Shown: in pieces, positions 8,131 through 15,706 of the stretch
Layout: each line of letters begins with the position of its first letter
How positions within the stretch are numbered: position 1 is the first letter of the stretch
Position numbers and translations under genes: made by a program
DNA from: Candidatus Electronema aureum
Lineage (GTDB): Bacteria > Desulfobacterota > Desulfobulbia > Desulfobulbales > Desulfobulbaceae
DNA: 32,000 bases
Direction: 5' to 3'
Assembly (NCBI GenBank): GCA_004284765.1
Contig: NQJD01000015.1
Span: forward strand, 1-32,000
The notes under the pieces: generated by a model
Seen by the model: only the letters and a program-made list of their open reading frames with translations
What the model was told of the DNA's origin: nothing
Databases searched by the model: none

Positions 8131-8254
8131 GCGCTGTCCGATTCGATTTGTATTTTTCCGCAGGCAACATGACCGCCCGCAATCTATGTGCTATATTAGC
8201 ATAGAGCATAGGTTATGTACAGCGTGTTAATAGCCGAACAACCCACAAAAAAAC

Positions 8255-8974
8255 ATGAGCAGAATTCTGCTTCTCAGCGATATTCACGGTAATTGGCCCG
8301 CTCTGCTGGCAGTGGCTACGCAGGTTGACCTCAGCCGCGTTGATCAGATCATCAACTGCGGTGATTCAACGGTTTATGCTCCTTTTGCTAATCAGGTTTT
8401 GGACTGGCTGGCGGATCACCGTGCTTTATCTATCCTTGGCAACACCGACAGCAAAGTGGTCAAGCTGCTCAACGGCAAAGCGTTCAAAAAACCAAGCAGC
8501 GCGGAGAAGCGGATCATGTACACCCACACCGCTGAAACTCTGATTCGCCGAAATAAGCAGCGGTTATTGGCAATGGAAAAGCAGGGGCGTTTGCAGGTGA
8601 AGAAGCACCGAATCGCCTTTTTTCACGGCAGCCCGGATAAACAGAGCGAATTTCTTTGTATCTCCACACCAGATCAACGCTTTCACGAACTGGCCAACAG
8701 CACCGAGGCTGAAATCATTATCACCGGCCATTCACACGAGCCGTATCATAAAATCATTGGCGACGTGCATTTTCTCAATCCCGGCTCAGTGGGCCGGATG
8801 TCTGACGGTAATCCCGCTGCCTCATACGCAGTCCTTGAATTAGAGAAAAAGAATGTCCGGGCAGAGTTCTATCGCTGTGTTTACGAGGTCGAAACGGTGG
8901 CGCAAGGATTAGCGCAGGCTGGTCTGCCTGCGATCTATGCTGACATGTACTGCAAAGGCCGGAAGCTGAATTGA
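8255..8974 (+). CDS. Metallophosphoesterase, YfcE/MJ0936 family
   Basis: Carries the calcineurin-like motifs SDIHGN, GDS, GNTD, FHGSP, GHSH and NPGSVG. Confidence 0.85.
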   Translation: MSRILLLSDIHGNWPALLAVATQVDLSRVDQIINCGDSTVYAPFANQVLDWLADHRALSILGNTDSKVVKLLNGKAFKKPSSAEKRIMYTHTAETLIRRNKQRLLAMEKQGRLQVKKHRIAFFHGSPDKQSEFLCISTPDQRFHELANSTEAEIIITGHSHEPYHKIIGDVHFLNPGSVGRMSDGNPAASYAVLELEKKNVRAEFYRCVYEVETVAQGLAQAGLPAIYADMYCKGRKLN

Positions 8975-9166
8975 AAAACTGTTTTTTATTTTGAGAGTTG
9001 AGAGCGGTCGATACTCAGAAAACGCCTGACTAAGAGACCATTATCGAAAAAATCCGCGTTCTGCTGTACAAAAAGTGTTCTGTCGGTTAAAATTGTTTGC
9101 CATTTCAATCAGAGAATCCGTGATCATTCGCCGCCGCAAGGCTGGACAGGAGGCTGAGAAAACGCC

Positions 9167-11320
9167 ATGACTGACGAGCAGACAGACAAGCAGGAATTCA
9201 ATCTTGATTCGCCGCAGTGGTATCTGAACCGCGAGCTGACCTGGCTGGAGTTCAACCGCCGGGTGCTGCATGAGGGCCAGGACCCGCGCACTCCGCTGCT
9301 GGAGCGGATCAAATTTTTAGCCATAGTCAGCAGCAATTTGGACGAGTTTTTCATGAAGCGCGTCGGCGGCCTCAAGCAGCAGGTCGGGGCCGGGGTGCGC
9401 AGCCTGACTGTGGACGGCAGATCGCCGGGCGAGCAAATCGCCGAGTGCCATGAGTCGGTGCGGGACATCCTCCGCCGCAAGGAGGAGCTGGAGGAGGAGC
9501 TGCTCGGCCTGCTGGCGGAGCAGGGCATCCGCATCGTCAGCTATCAGCAGCTAGACCGCGACCAGCAGCGGGAGGCCGACCGCTATTTCCATGACAACAT
9601 CTATCCCCTGCTCACCCCGCAGGGCATGGACCCGGCGCACCCCTTCCCCTTCATCTCCAATCTTTCCATCAACCTGCTGGTGGTGACGCGCTACGAGAAC
9701 GACGACCATTTCTTCCTCAACCGGATCAAGATGCCCACCGGGGTCGGCGTTCCCCGCTTCATTAGGATCGGCGGCGGCCACCTCTACATCCGCTTTGAAG
9801 ACCTGATCGCCAACAATCTGGCCATGCTTTTTCCCGGCCTGCTGATTGAGTCCTGCTCGCTCTTCCGAGTGACGCGCAACGCGATCACCGAGCAGAACGC
9901 GGAAAAGGCCAACGACCTGCTGGCGGTGATCGAGAGTGCCCTGCGCGACCGCAAATTCGCCGAAATCGTCCGGCTGGAGGTCGAGCCGGGCATGAACCCC
10001 TCGCACCGGGGAATGCTGGCCGCCGAGCTGGGCATTGACGAGGGCAAGGATGTGTTCGCCGCCAAGGGCATCATCGGCAAGCGCGACTTTTTCCAAATCG
10101 CCTCACTTGACCTGCCGGAGCTGCGCTGTCCGCCGCATCAGCCCTGCGACCATTTCCGCCTGACCGGAGAATCCCGCAACATCTTCCACATCATCCGCGA
10201 GTTCGGCTCGCTGCTGCTCCAGCATCCTTACGAGTCTTTTGAATGCACGGTGCTGCGCTTTCTGCGCGAGGCCAGTCAAGACCCCAAGGTGCTGGCGATC
10301 AAGATGACGCTCTACCGCACCTCGGCGGACTCCGGCATCATTCCCTGTCTGATTGACGCGGCCAAGAACGGCAAGCAGGTGGCGGTGGTGGTTGAGCTGA
10401 AGGCCCGTTTTGACGAGTCGGCCAACATCCGCTGGGCCGAGCAGATGGAGGAGACCGGGGTGCATGTCACCTACGGCGTGGTCGGACTGAAGACGCATTC
10501 CAAGGTCATCTTTGTCGTCCGCCGCGACTTTGACGGCCTGCGCCGCTACGCTCATATCGGCACCGGCAACTACCACGCCGGCACAGCCCGGATCTATTCG
10601 GATCTTGGCATTCTGACCTGCGATCCGGTCATCGGCGAAGACCTGACCGAGCTGTTCAATTACCTGACCACCGGCTACGCCCCGGACAGGCACTACCAGA
10701 AGTTACTGCCCTCGCCGCGCGTTCTGAAAAAGGCACTGTTGGAGAAGATCAGCCGGGAAATCGCCCTACACAGCGAGAAAACGCCGGGCCGGATCCAGTT
10801 CAAGACCAACGCCTTGGAGGACAAGGAGATCACCGCCGCCCTCTATAAAGCCTCAATGGCCGGGGTCAAGGTGGATCTGATTGTCCGCGACAGCTGCCGC
10901 CTGCGCCCCGGCATCGCCGGGCTGTCCGAGAATGTGAGCGTGATTTCCGTGGTGGGCCGCTTCCTTGAGCATTGCCGGATTTACTATTTCCACAACGGCG
11001 GCGAGGAGGAGTATTTCATTGGCTCCGCCGACATCATGAAGCGGAATCTGGAGGAGCGCGTGGAGGTTATCACCCCGGTCGAGCCGCCGGAGCTGCGCGC
11101 CCAGCTGCGCCGTTTTCTGGAGTTTCAGCTGAGCGACCAGCGCAGCGCGTGGGAGATGCAGCCGGACGGCAGCTATGTCCAGCGCAGCGGCGAGGATCAG
11201 GTTAGCTGCCACGAAAAGCTGATCCGGCAGGCGGAGAAGCGGCTCTCCGACGCGCAGCAGCAGGTCAAATTGCGGCGCAAGAAGATTATCAAGCGGAAAA
11301 AAAGCGTGGTGAAGGAGTAG
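9167..11320 (+). CDS. ppk1: Polyphosphate kinase 1
   Basis: 717 aa. Typical PPK1 N-terminus (YLNRELTWLEFNRRVLHEGQDPRTPLLERIKFLAIVSSNLDEFFMKRV) and both PLD-like C-terminal domains. The long antisense shadow ORFs reflect its high GC3. Confidence 0.97.
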   Translation: MTDEQTDKQEFNLDSPQWYLNRELTWLEFNRRVLHEGQDPRTPLLERIKFLAIVSSNLDEFFMKRVGGLKQQVGAGVRSLTVDGRSPGEQIAECHESVRDILRRKEELEEELLGLLAEQGIRIVSYQQLDRDQQREADRYFHDNIYPLLTPQGMDPAHPFPFISNLSINLLVVTRYENDDHFFLNRIKMPTGVGVPRFIRIGGGHLYIRFEDLIANNLAMLFPGLLIESCSLFRVTRNAITEQNAEKANDLLAVIESALRDRKFAEIVRLEVEPGMNPSHRGMLAAELGIDEGKDVFAAKGIIGKRDFFQIASLDLPELRCPPHQPCDHFRLTGESRNIFHIIREFGSLLLQHPYESFECTVLRFLREASQDPKVLAIKMTLYRTSADSGIIPCLIDAAKNGKQVAVVVELKARFDESANIRWAEQMEETGVHVTYGVVGLKTHSKVIFVVRRDFDGLRRYAHIGTGNYHAGTARIYSDLGILTCDPVIGEDLTELFNYLTTGYAPDRHYQKLLPSPRVLKKALLEKISREIALHSEKTPGRIQFKTNALEDKEITAALYKASMAGVKVDLIVRDSCRLRPGIAGLSENVSVISVVGRFLEHCRIYYFHNGGEEEYFIGSADIMKRNLEERVEVITPVEPPELRAQLRRFLEFQLSDQRSAWEMQPDGSYVQRSGEDQVSCHEKLIRQAEKRLSDAQQQVKLRRKKIIKRKKSVVKE

Positions 11321-11361
11321 ACCTCTTGCAGAAAAGACCCTGCGCCGAGACGGTCTATCGA

Positions 11362-11383
11362 TTTTTTCCAACGTTGGAAAAAA
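11362..11383. repeat. Perfect 22-bp palindrome TTTTTTCCAACGTTGGAAAAAA in the ppk1-ppk2 spacer
   Basis: Read directly from the sequence; it is its own reverse complement. It lies 42 nt after the ppk1 stop and 31 nt before the ppk2 start. Confidence 0.9.
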
Positions 11384-11413
11384 TTTAAGCACTACGTTTT
11401 AAGGACTAACAAC

Positions 11414-12349
11414 ATGAGGGAGTTTGCCATGCAGGATGATGAGCAGAAAAAAAAGCCGAAGGCGGATATGGACGGAAAGGATGCCGAAGTGCGGCTCTTT
11501 GAGGGAACAGCGGCGAAAAGTATAAATAAAAAAGAAAAGAAAGGCCGCCTCGCCATCTGGATAGACGAAGATGACTTGGAGTACGAGACCAAGCTGAAGA
11601 CCCTCCAGGTCGAGCTGATGAAGCTGCAGCTCCATATTAAAGCGGGCGGCATGAGGGTGCTGGTCATCTTCGAGGGCCGCGACGCAGCGGGCAAAGGCGG
11701 CACCATCAAGCGGATCACCGAATTTCTCAATCCGCGCACCACCCGCGTGGTCGCCCTGTCCAAGCCCAGCGACATTGAGGTGACACAGTGGTATTTCCAG
11801 CGCTACGTTTCCCATCTTCCGGCAGCGGGCGAGCTGGTGCTCTTCGACCGCTCGTGGTACAACCGGGCGATGGTCGAGCCGGTGATGGGCTTCTGCAGCG
11901 ACGAGCAGCACAAGCGGTTTCTGAAAGATGTGCCGCTCTTTGAGCAGATGCTCGTCAAAGACGGCATCATCCTGTTTAAATTCTACTTCTCAGTTTCCAA
12001 AGAGGAGCAGGCCCGCCGTTTCGATGCGCGGAAGACCGACCTGCTCAAGCAGTACAAGCTCTCGCCGGTGGACAGCCTTGCCCAGCAGCATTGGGATCAG
12101 TACAGCGTCAAAAAATTCCAGATGCTCAACGAGTCCAATCGCAGTATAAGTCCTTGGATGATCATCCGTTCTGACAATAAAAAGAAGGCGCGGCTCAACT
12201 GCATCAAACACCTGCTCGCCAACATGGACTACCCGGAAAAAATTGCGGCGGAGCACTTGAAAACCGACCCGGAAGTGGTTATTTCCGGCATTGATGAAAT
12301 CCAGCACATGGAAGAGCATTTGTTTAAGCCTGGTCTGCTCCGGGGTTGA
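11414..12349 (+). CDS. ppk2: Polyphosphate kinase 2 (single-domain PPK2)
   Basis: Walker A region VLVIFEGRDAAGKGGTIKRITEFLNPR, then FDRSWYNR and the lid region. It has a Lys/Asp-rich N-terminal extension. Confidence 0.93.
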   Translation: MREFAMQDDEQKKKPKADMDGKDAEVRLFEGTAAKSINKKEKKGRLAIWIDEDDLEYETKLKTLQVELMKLQLHIKAGGMRVLVIFEGRDAAGKGGTIKRITEFLNPRTTRVVALSKPSDIEVTQWYFQRYVSHLPAAGELVLFDRSWYNRAMVEPVMGFCSDEQHKRFLKDVPLFEQMLVKDGIILFKFYFSVSKEEQARRFDARKTDLLKQYKLSPVDSLAQQHWDQYSVKKFQMLNESNRSISPWMIIRSDNKKKARLNCIKHLLANMDYPEKIAAEHLKTDPEVVISGIDEIQHMEEHLFKPGLLRG

Positions 12350-12383
12350 TTGTACAGTTCAAAGAACAAGGGAGAAACCGCCA

Positions 12384-12920
12384 ATGATCAGCTTCAGCGT
12401 CATTTTTTGGACATTCATTGTGCTGTTCGCGTTGATCGGCGCACTGCGCGGGTGGAGCAAAGAACTGTTAGTGATGTTCAGCATTATTTTGGCGTTATTC
12501 ATCATTCAGGTCGTCCAAAAATATGTGCCGTTGGTGTCACGAATGATGTCTTCCAGTGACCCACGAGGGCAATTTCTCCTTTGGTCGCTCATCATTACGA
12601 TTTTTGCCTTGTTCGGCTATCACACTCCTCATGTTCATAAATTAGCCGGTGTTAAATTAACGACACCCCGCGACCGGCTTCAAGATTGGCTCCTCGGTGC
12701 AATCCTCGGAGCCTGTAATGGATATCTCTTAGTGGGGACGATCTGGCATTATCTCGACACAACCGGTTATCCTTTTTCAGAAACCTACATGACTGCTCCT
12801 CGGCAAGGCGCAATGGCGGCGAAGATCATCACTTGGCTGCCGCCCGTTTGGCTCGGTGTGCCGGAGATTTATTTTGCCGTGGCTATTGCCTTCGCCATTG
12901 TTGTGATTGTGTTTATTTAA
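12384..12920 (+). CDS. CvpA-family membrane protein (paralogue 1)
   Basis: I prefer the start at ATG 12384, which has a GGGAGA Shine-Dalgarno 9 nt upstream; the ORF-track start at 12291 overlaps ppk2. The N-terminus FALIGALRGWSKELL resembles the CvpA motif. Four or five TM helices. Confidence 0.65.
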   Translation: MISFSVIFWTFIVLFALIGALRGWSKELLVMFSIILALFIIQVVQKYVPLVSRMMSSSDPRGQFLLWSLIITIFALFGYHTPHVHKLAGVKLTTPRDRLQDWLLGAILGACNGYLLVGTIWHYLDTTGYPFSETYMTAPRQGAMAAKIITWLPPVWLGVPEIYFAVAIAFAIVVIVFI

Positions 12921-12957
12921 ATCACGAGCTATCAAGAGATAGAATAGCAAGAGTAGC

Positions 12958-13527
12958 GTGAACTTTACTCTTCATCCTTTCGCGATAGACAATTTTCCCT
13001 CCGGTTTTCGGATCAGTGGCATAGTTACCCGCAGTCGTGGCAGCTTACTCATCAGCTATGAACTGCGCGGTAATCTAACAAAAATCTTGCTGCCGGAGCG
13101 AGTGCAATCTCCTGAGCGCAAGAACAACCTCTGGCAGGAAACCTGCTTCGAGTTTTTTGTTGCATCCACGGACTCGTCTTGCTACTGGGAAATCAACCTC
13201 TCTCCTTCTGGAGACTGGAATGTCTATGCTTTTGACGATTGCCGGGCTGGAATGCGGCAAGAAACTGCCTTCACCTCGCTGCCATTTAAAATTGAGCGGC
13301 AGTCTGCATCTATTTTGCTCGAACTTGCCTTTCCGCTTGATACAATCATCCGTCCAGAGCAGTCTGTCGAGCTTGCAGTCAGCGCGGTTCTCCAAGGCAG
13401 TAGCGGTCAGTTTGGCTATTGGGCCTTGACTCACTGCGGCCTCACGCCAGATTTTCACCAACGTGAGAGCTTTCTCCTCAAGTTGCCTGCTTACGGCCCA
13501 GCAGTAAATTTTTCTGCTTGCGCTTGA
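12958..13527 (+). CDS. Hypothetical protein (beta-rich; possibly DOMON/CBM9-like)
   Basis: 189-aa ORF with a GTG start and no signal peptide. Only weak pattern recognition supports it (WQETCFEFFV..YWEINLSPSGDWNVYAF). Its last 37 nt overlap the convergent M48 gene. Confidence 0.5.
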   Translation: MNFTLHPFAIDNFPSGFRISGIVTRSRGSLLISYELRGNLTKILLPERVQSPERKNNLWQETCFEFFVASTDSSCYWEINLSPSGDWNVYAFDDCRAGMRQETAFTSLPFKIERQSASILLELAFPLDTIIRPEQSVELAVSAVLQGSSGQFGYWALTHCGLTPDFHQRESFLLKLPAYGPAVNFSACA

Positions 13528-15368
13528 TAATACGGCTTATTTTCAGGATTGATCTGCGCGGCCCGCAGTTCTGTGCGCACTGCCTCTTCAATCCGGCCCT
13601 GCGTCCACAGAGCAACAGCCAGCGTGTCAAGAATATGGCCCTTTTCCTCCAAACTGACTGCGGCAGAGGCTAGCTTCAGAGCGCGGTCAGGGTTGCGGAG
13701 GCTTTTGTCCTTGGCAGTCAGCAGCAGCCAAGCCAAGTTGTTGGCGGTTTCAGCTGAATCAGGTTCTGCCCGGAGTGCTGTTTCATAAGCCGCCCGCGCC
13801 TCGCGTTCTTCCCCCTTTTCCAGCAGCAGATCGGCCCGCAGCCTGAGCAAGTTACCGCTGTTCGGTGCTGTTTGTAGTTTTTGCTCAATTAATGCAGAAG
13901 CATACTGCATCTTAGCACGGTGCTGAAGAGCCTCGCTGTCTGGCACAGGCAGCAGCCAAACAGCCAAAGCAATCAGAGTGAAATAAACGGCCAAACTGGT
14001 ATAAACCTTGCGTTCGTGCTGCTGGGCTAAACCGGGCCTGCACTCACACTGCGCCAAAAAATCAATTCGCTCGCCGATACCAAAGTGGTGCCAATTTTTT
14101 TGATTACGGATATTACCGGTCAGAGCAGCGATTTTTTCAAAAGCGCGGATAAGTGGGAAAGTACTCTTCTGTACCTGAAAAGCGTGCAAATCAGCCTGTC
14201 GTTCAAAATTGCGGATAAAGTAGCCAAAGAGAAAGCGAAAATAAAGCAGCATCAGCACAAACATTACTGCTGCCGTAAGATGCTCGGCCATTTTGTCTGC
14301 TGTCAATCCTGACCAAAGCAGGAATCGCCAAAACCAGCTGCTACCGCAAAGCAGGCCAAGCAGCGGGCCAGCCAACGCTTCGGTGAACAGGCCAAAACCA
14401 AGCAACAGGAACAGATAAAGCAGCAGATGGTATTTTTTGACATGGCCGATTTCATGGGCCAGCACTGACTCTAATTCTTCTTGATCGAGCAGAGCCAGCA
14501 GAGCCGGAGTTAGAAGCAGGTATCGGAAGCGCGGCGCAATGCCCATCACCGCAGCGTTCAAGGCGCGGCCTTCCAGTAAAGGCCAGCTGAGGATTACGGC
14601 AGAAAAATTTTGGCGGCGGAAAAAAATTTCAATGATGCTGCGCTGCGGCCCCTGTGGTAAAGGCGTACAGTTCCACAGCCTACTGATCAGCGGCGGAAAG
14701 AGCAGGGCGAGAAAGATTACCGCTATCAGGAAAAAAATTAGCTCACCCCACGATGAGGCCAGTGTTTGCTGAAGACCGGGAAAAGGCAGTTGACGGAGAA
14801 GGTCGAAAGTCAGGGAAAGGGTCAACCAAGGCAGCACAATCGGCAGATTAACTCGGATATTAGTAGCAGCAAAGCGGGCGGCAGTGGTGCCGCGTCCAAA
14901 AAGCATTTGATAAAACGGATGACCTTGCAGCCAAATCAGGACAAGAAAAAAGAAAAACAGGAGTAGGCCACCTACATTTTCCAGTACCGGCAGCGTTCCG
15001 CCCAACGACAGGGGTTGAAGGTAATATTTGAGGTCTAAGGCAAAAACTGCGCCCACAAAAAAAAGAGCTGCCAGCAAAGAAAGCCTGCTTTCTGCGGCAA
15101 AATAGGTGGAGGCACCGCCCCGGTGGAACGCGGCTTTGAATTCCCGGCCTGCTATTCGGCGAAAAATAAGCAACGTCAGGCCGAAGAGCGGCAGAGCCAG
15201 CCAAGGTGCAAGCCATGGCTCCTTTGGCGCAGCAGAGACGGAAAGGGCAAAAATCACCGCCAAAAAATAAAGCAGATTACTGGAGATCATCGAACACCTG
15301 AGCGTTAAAGGGGGCAGTTTGCCGCAGTCTATCATCTCTGCGCTGGAAACGCCCGCCTGAACCGGCAT
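13491..15368 (-). CDS. Polytopic M48-family zinc metalloprotease with C-terminal TPR repeats
   Basis: HEIGHVKKYH (HExxH) follows multiple TM helices. The C-terminal 150 aa are TPR-like (AYETALRAEPDSAETANNLAWLLL...). The true start may be the ATG at 15290 (MISSNLLYFLAVIF). Confidence 0.85.
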   Translation of the reverse strand: MPVQAGVSSAEMIDCGKLPPLTLRCSMISSNLLYFLAVIFALSVSAAPKEPWLAPWLALPLFGLTLLIFRRIAGREFKAAFHRGGASTYFAAESRLSLLAALFFVGAVFALDLKYYLQPLSLGGTLPVLENVGGLLLFFFFLVLIWLQGHPFYQMLFGRGTTAARFAATNIRVNLPIVLPWLTLSLTFDLLRQLPFPGLQQTLASSWGELIFFLIAVIFLALLFPPLISRLWNCTPLPQGPQRSIIEIFFRRQNFSAVILSWPLLEGRALNAAVMGIAPRFRYLLLTPALLALLDQEELESVLAHEIGHVKKYHLLLYLFLLLGFGLFTEALAGPLLGLLCGSSWFWRFLLWSGLTADKMAEHLTAAVMFVLMLLYFRFLFGYFIRNFERQADLHAFQVQKSTFPLIRAFEKIAALTGNIRNQKNWHHFGIGERIDFLAQCECRPGLAQQHERKVYTSLAVYFTLIALAVWLLPVPDSEALQHRAKMQYASALIEQKLQTAPNSGNLLRLRADLLLEKGEEREARAAYETALRAEPDSAETANNLAWLLLTAKDKSLRNPDRALKLASAAVSLEEKGHILDTLAVALWTQGRIEEAVRTELRAAQINPENKPYYQAQAEKFTAGP

Positions 15369-15394
15369 TTTTTCCGAGTTTCTGCTGTTTTTGA

Positions 15395-15423
15395 TTGACC
15401 TACGCCGTGCCGCTGGTATTATA
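15395..15423 (+). promoter_or_regulatory. Candidate sigma70 promoter for the tRNA (TTGACC-N16/17-TATTAT/ATTATA)
   Basis: TTGACC at 15395-15400 and TATTATA at 15417-15423, about 17 nt upstream of the mature tRNA 5' end. Confidence 0.4.
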
Positions 15424-15439
15424 AAGAGTTTAGCCTTGC

Positions 15440-15516
15440 GGGCCTATAGCTCAGTTGGTTAGAGCCACCGGCTCATAACCGGTCTGTCCCTGGTTCGAGT
15501 CCAGGTAGGCCCACCA
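15440..15516 (+). tRNA. tRNA with anticodon CAU; features favour tRNA-Ile2 (lysidine type) over elongator tRNA-Met
   Basis: 77-nt cloverleaf with acceptor GGGCCUA/UAGGCCC, a D-loop AGCUCAGUUGGUUAGAGC, an anticodon arm ACCGG-CUCAUAA-CCGGU, a T-arm GGUUCGAGUCC and an encoded CCA. G1-C72 is paired, so it is not an initiator. C4 and C5 in the acceptor stem and the anticodon stem resemble known tRNA-Ile2 sequences. Confidence 0.93.
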
Positions 15517-15666
15517 GCACGGTCAGGCGGCAGGGAAGATGTTCCTGCTTTGACGAATCACTCCACGCGCAGCAGTTTTTTGAATTCAAGCACGTCCGGC
15601 TCCCGAATTCCTGTTGGCAGTAGCAATCTGTTCTTAGACAGTAGCGCAAACACCATACGTTCTCAA

Positions 15667-15701
15667 GAGGCGCATCCGTCATGGATTGCGCCTCTTTTTT
15701 T
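15667..15701 (+). terminator. Intrinsic terminator-like hairpin (8-bp GC-rich stem, 12-nt loop, U7 tract)
   Basis: GAGGCGCA (15667-15674) pairs with TGCGCCTC (15687-15694), followed by TTTTTTT (15695-15701). Confidence 0.6.
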
Positions 15702-15706
15702 GTCCT

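Noticed and set aside
9124-11911. A series of long antisense ORFs (136-196 aa) opposite ppk1 and ppk2.
   Set aside because: They are shadow ORFs caused by the GC3-rich codon usage of ppk1/ppk2. Their low-complexity Arg/Ala/Gly-rich translations have no motifs, and they are fully nested in confidently identified genes.
15600-15660. A sigma54-type (TGGCA-N-TTGC) or sigma70 promoter for the NIF3 operon around TTGGCAG at 15614.
   Set aside because: The spacing and downstream element do not fit either consensus: there is no TTGC 5 nt after TGGCAG, and the only -10 candidates are TAGACA and CATACG. It is therefore not reported as a feature.
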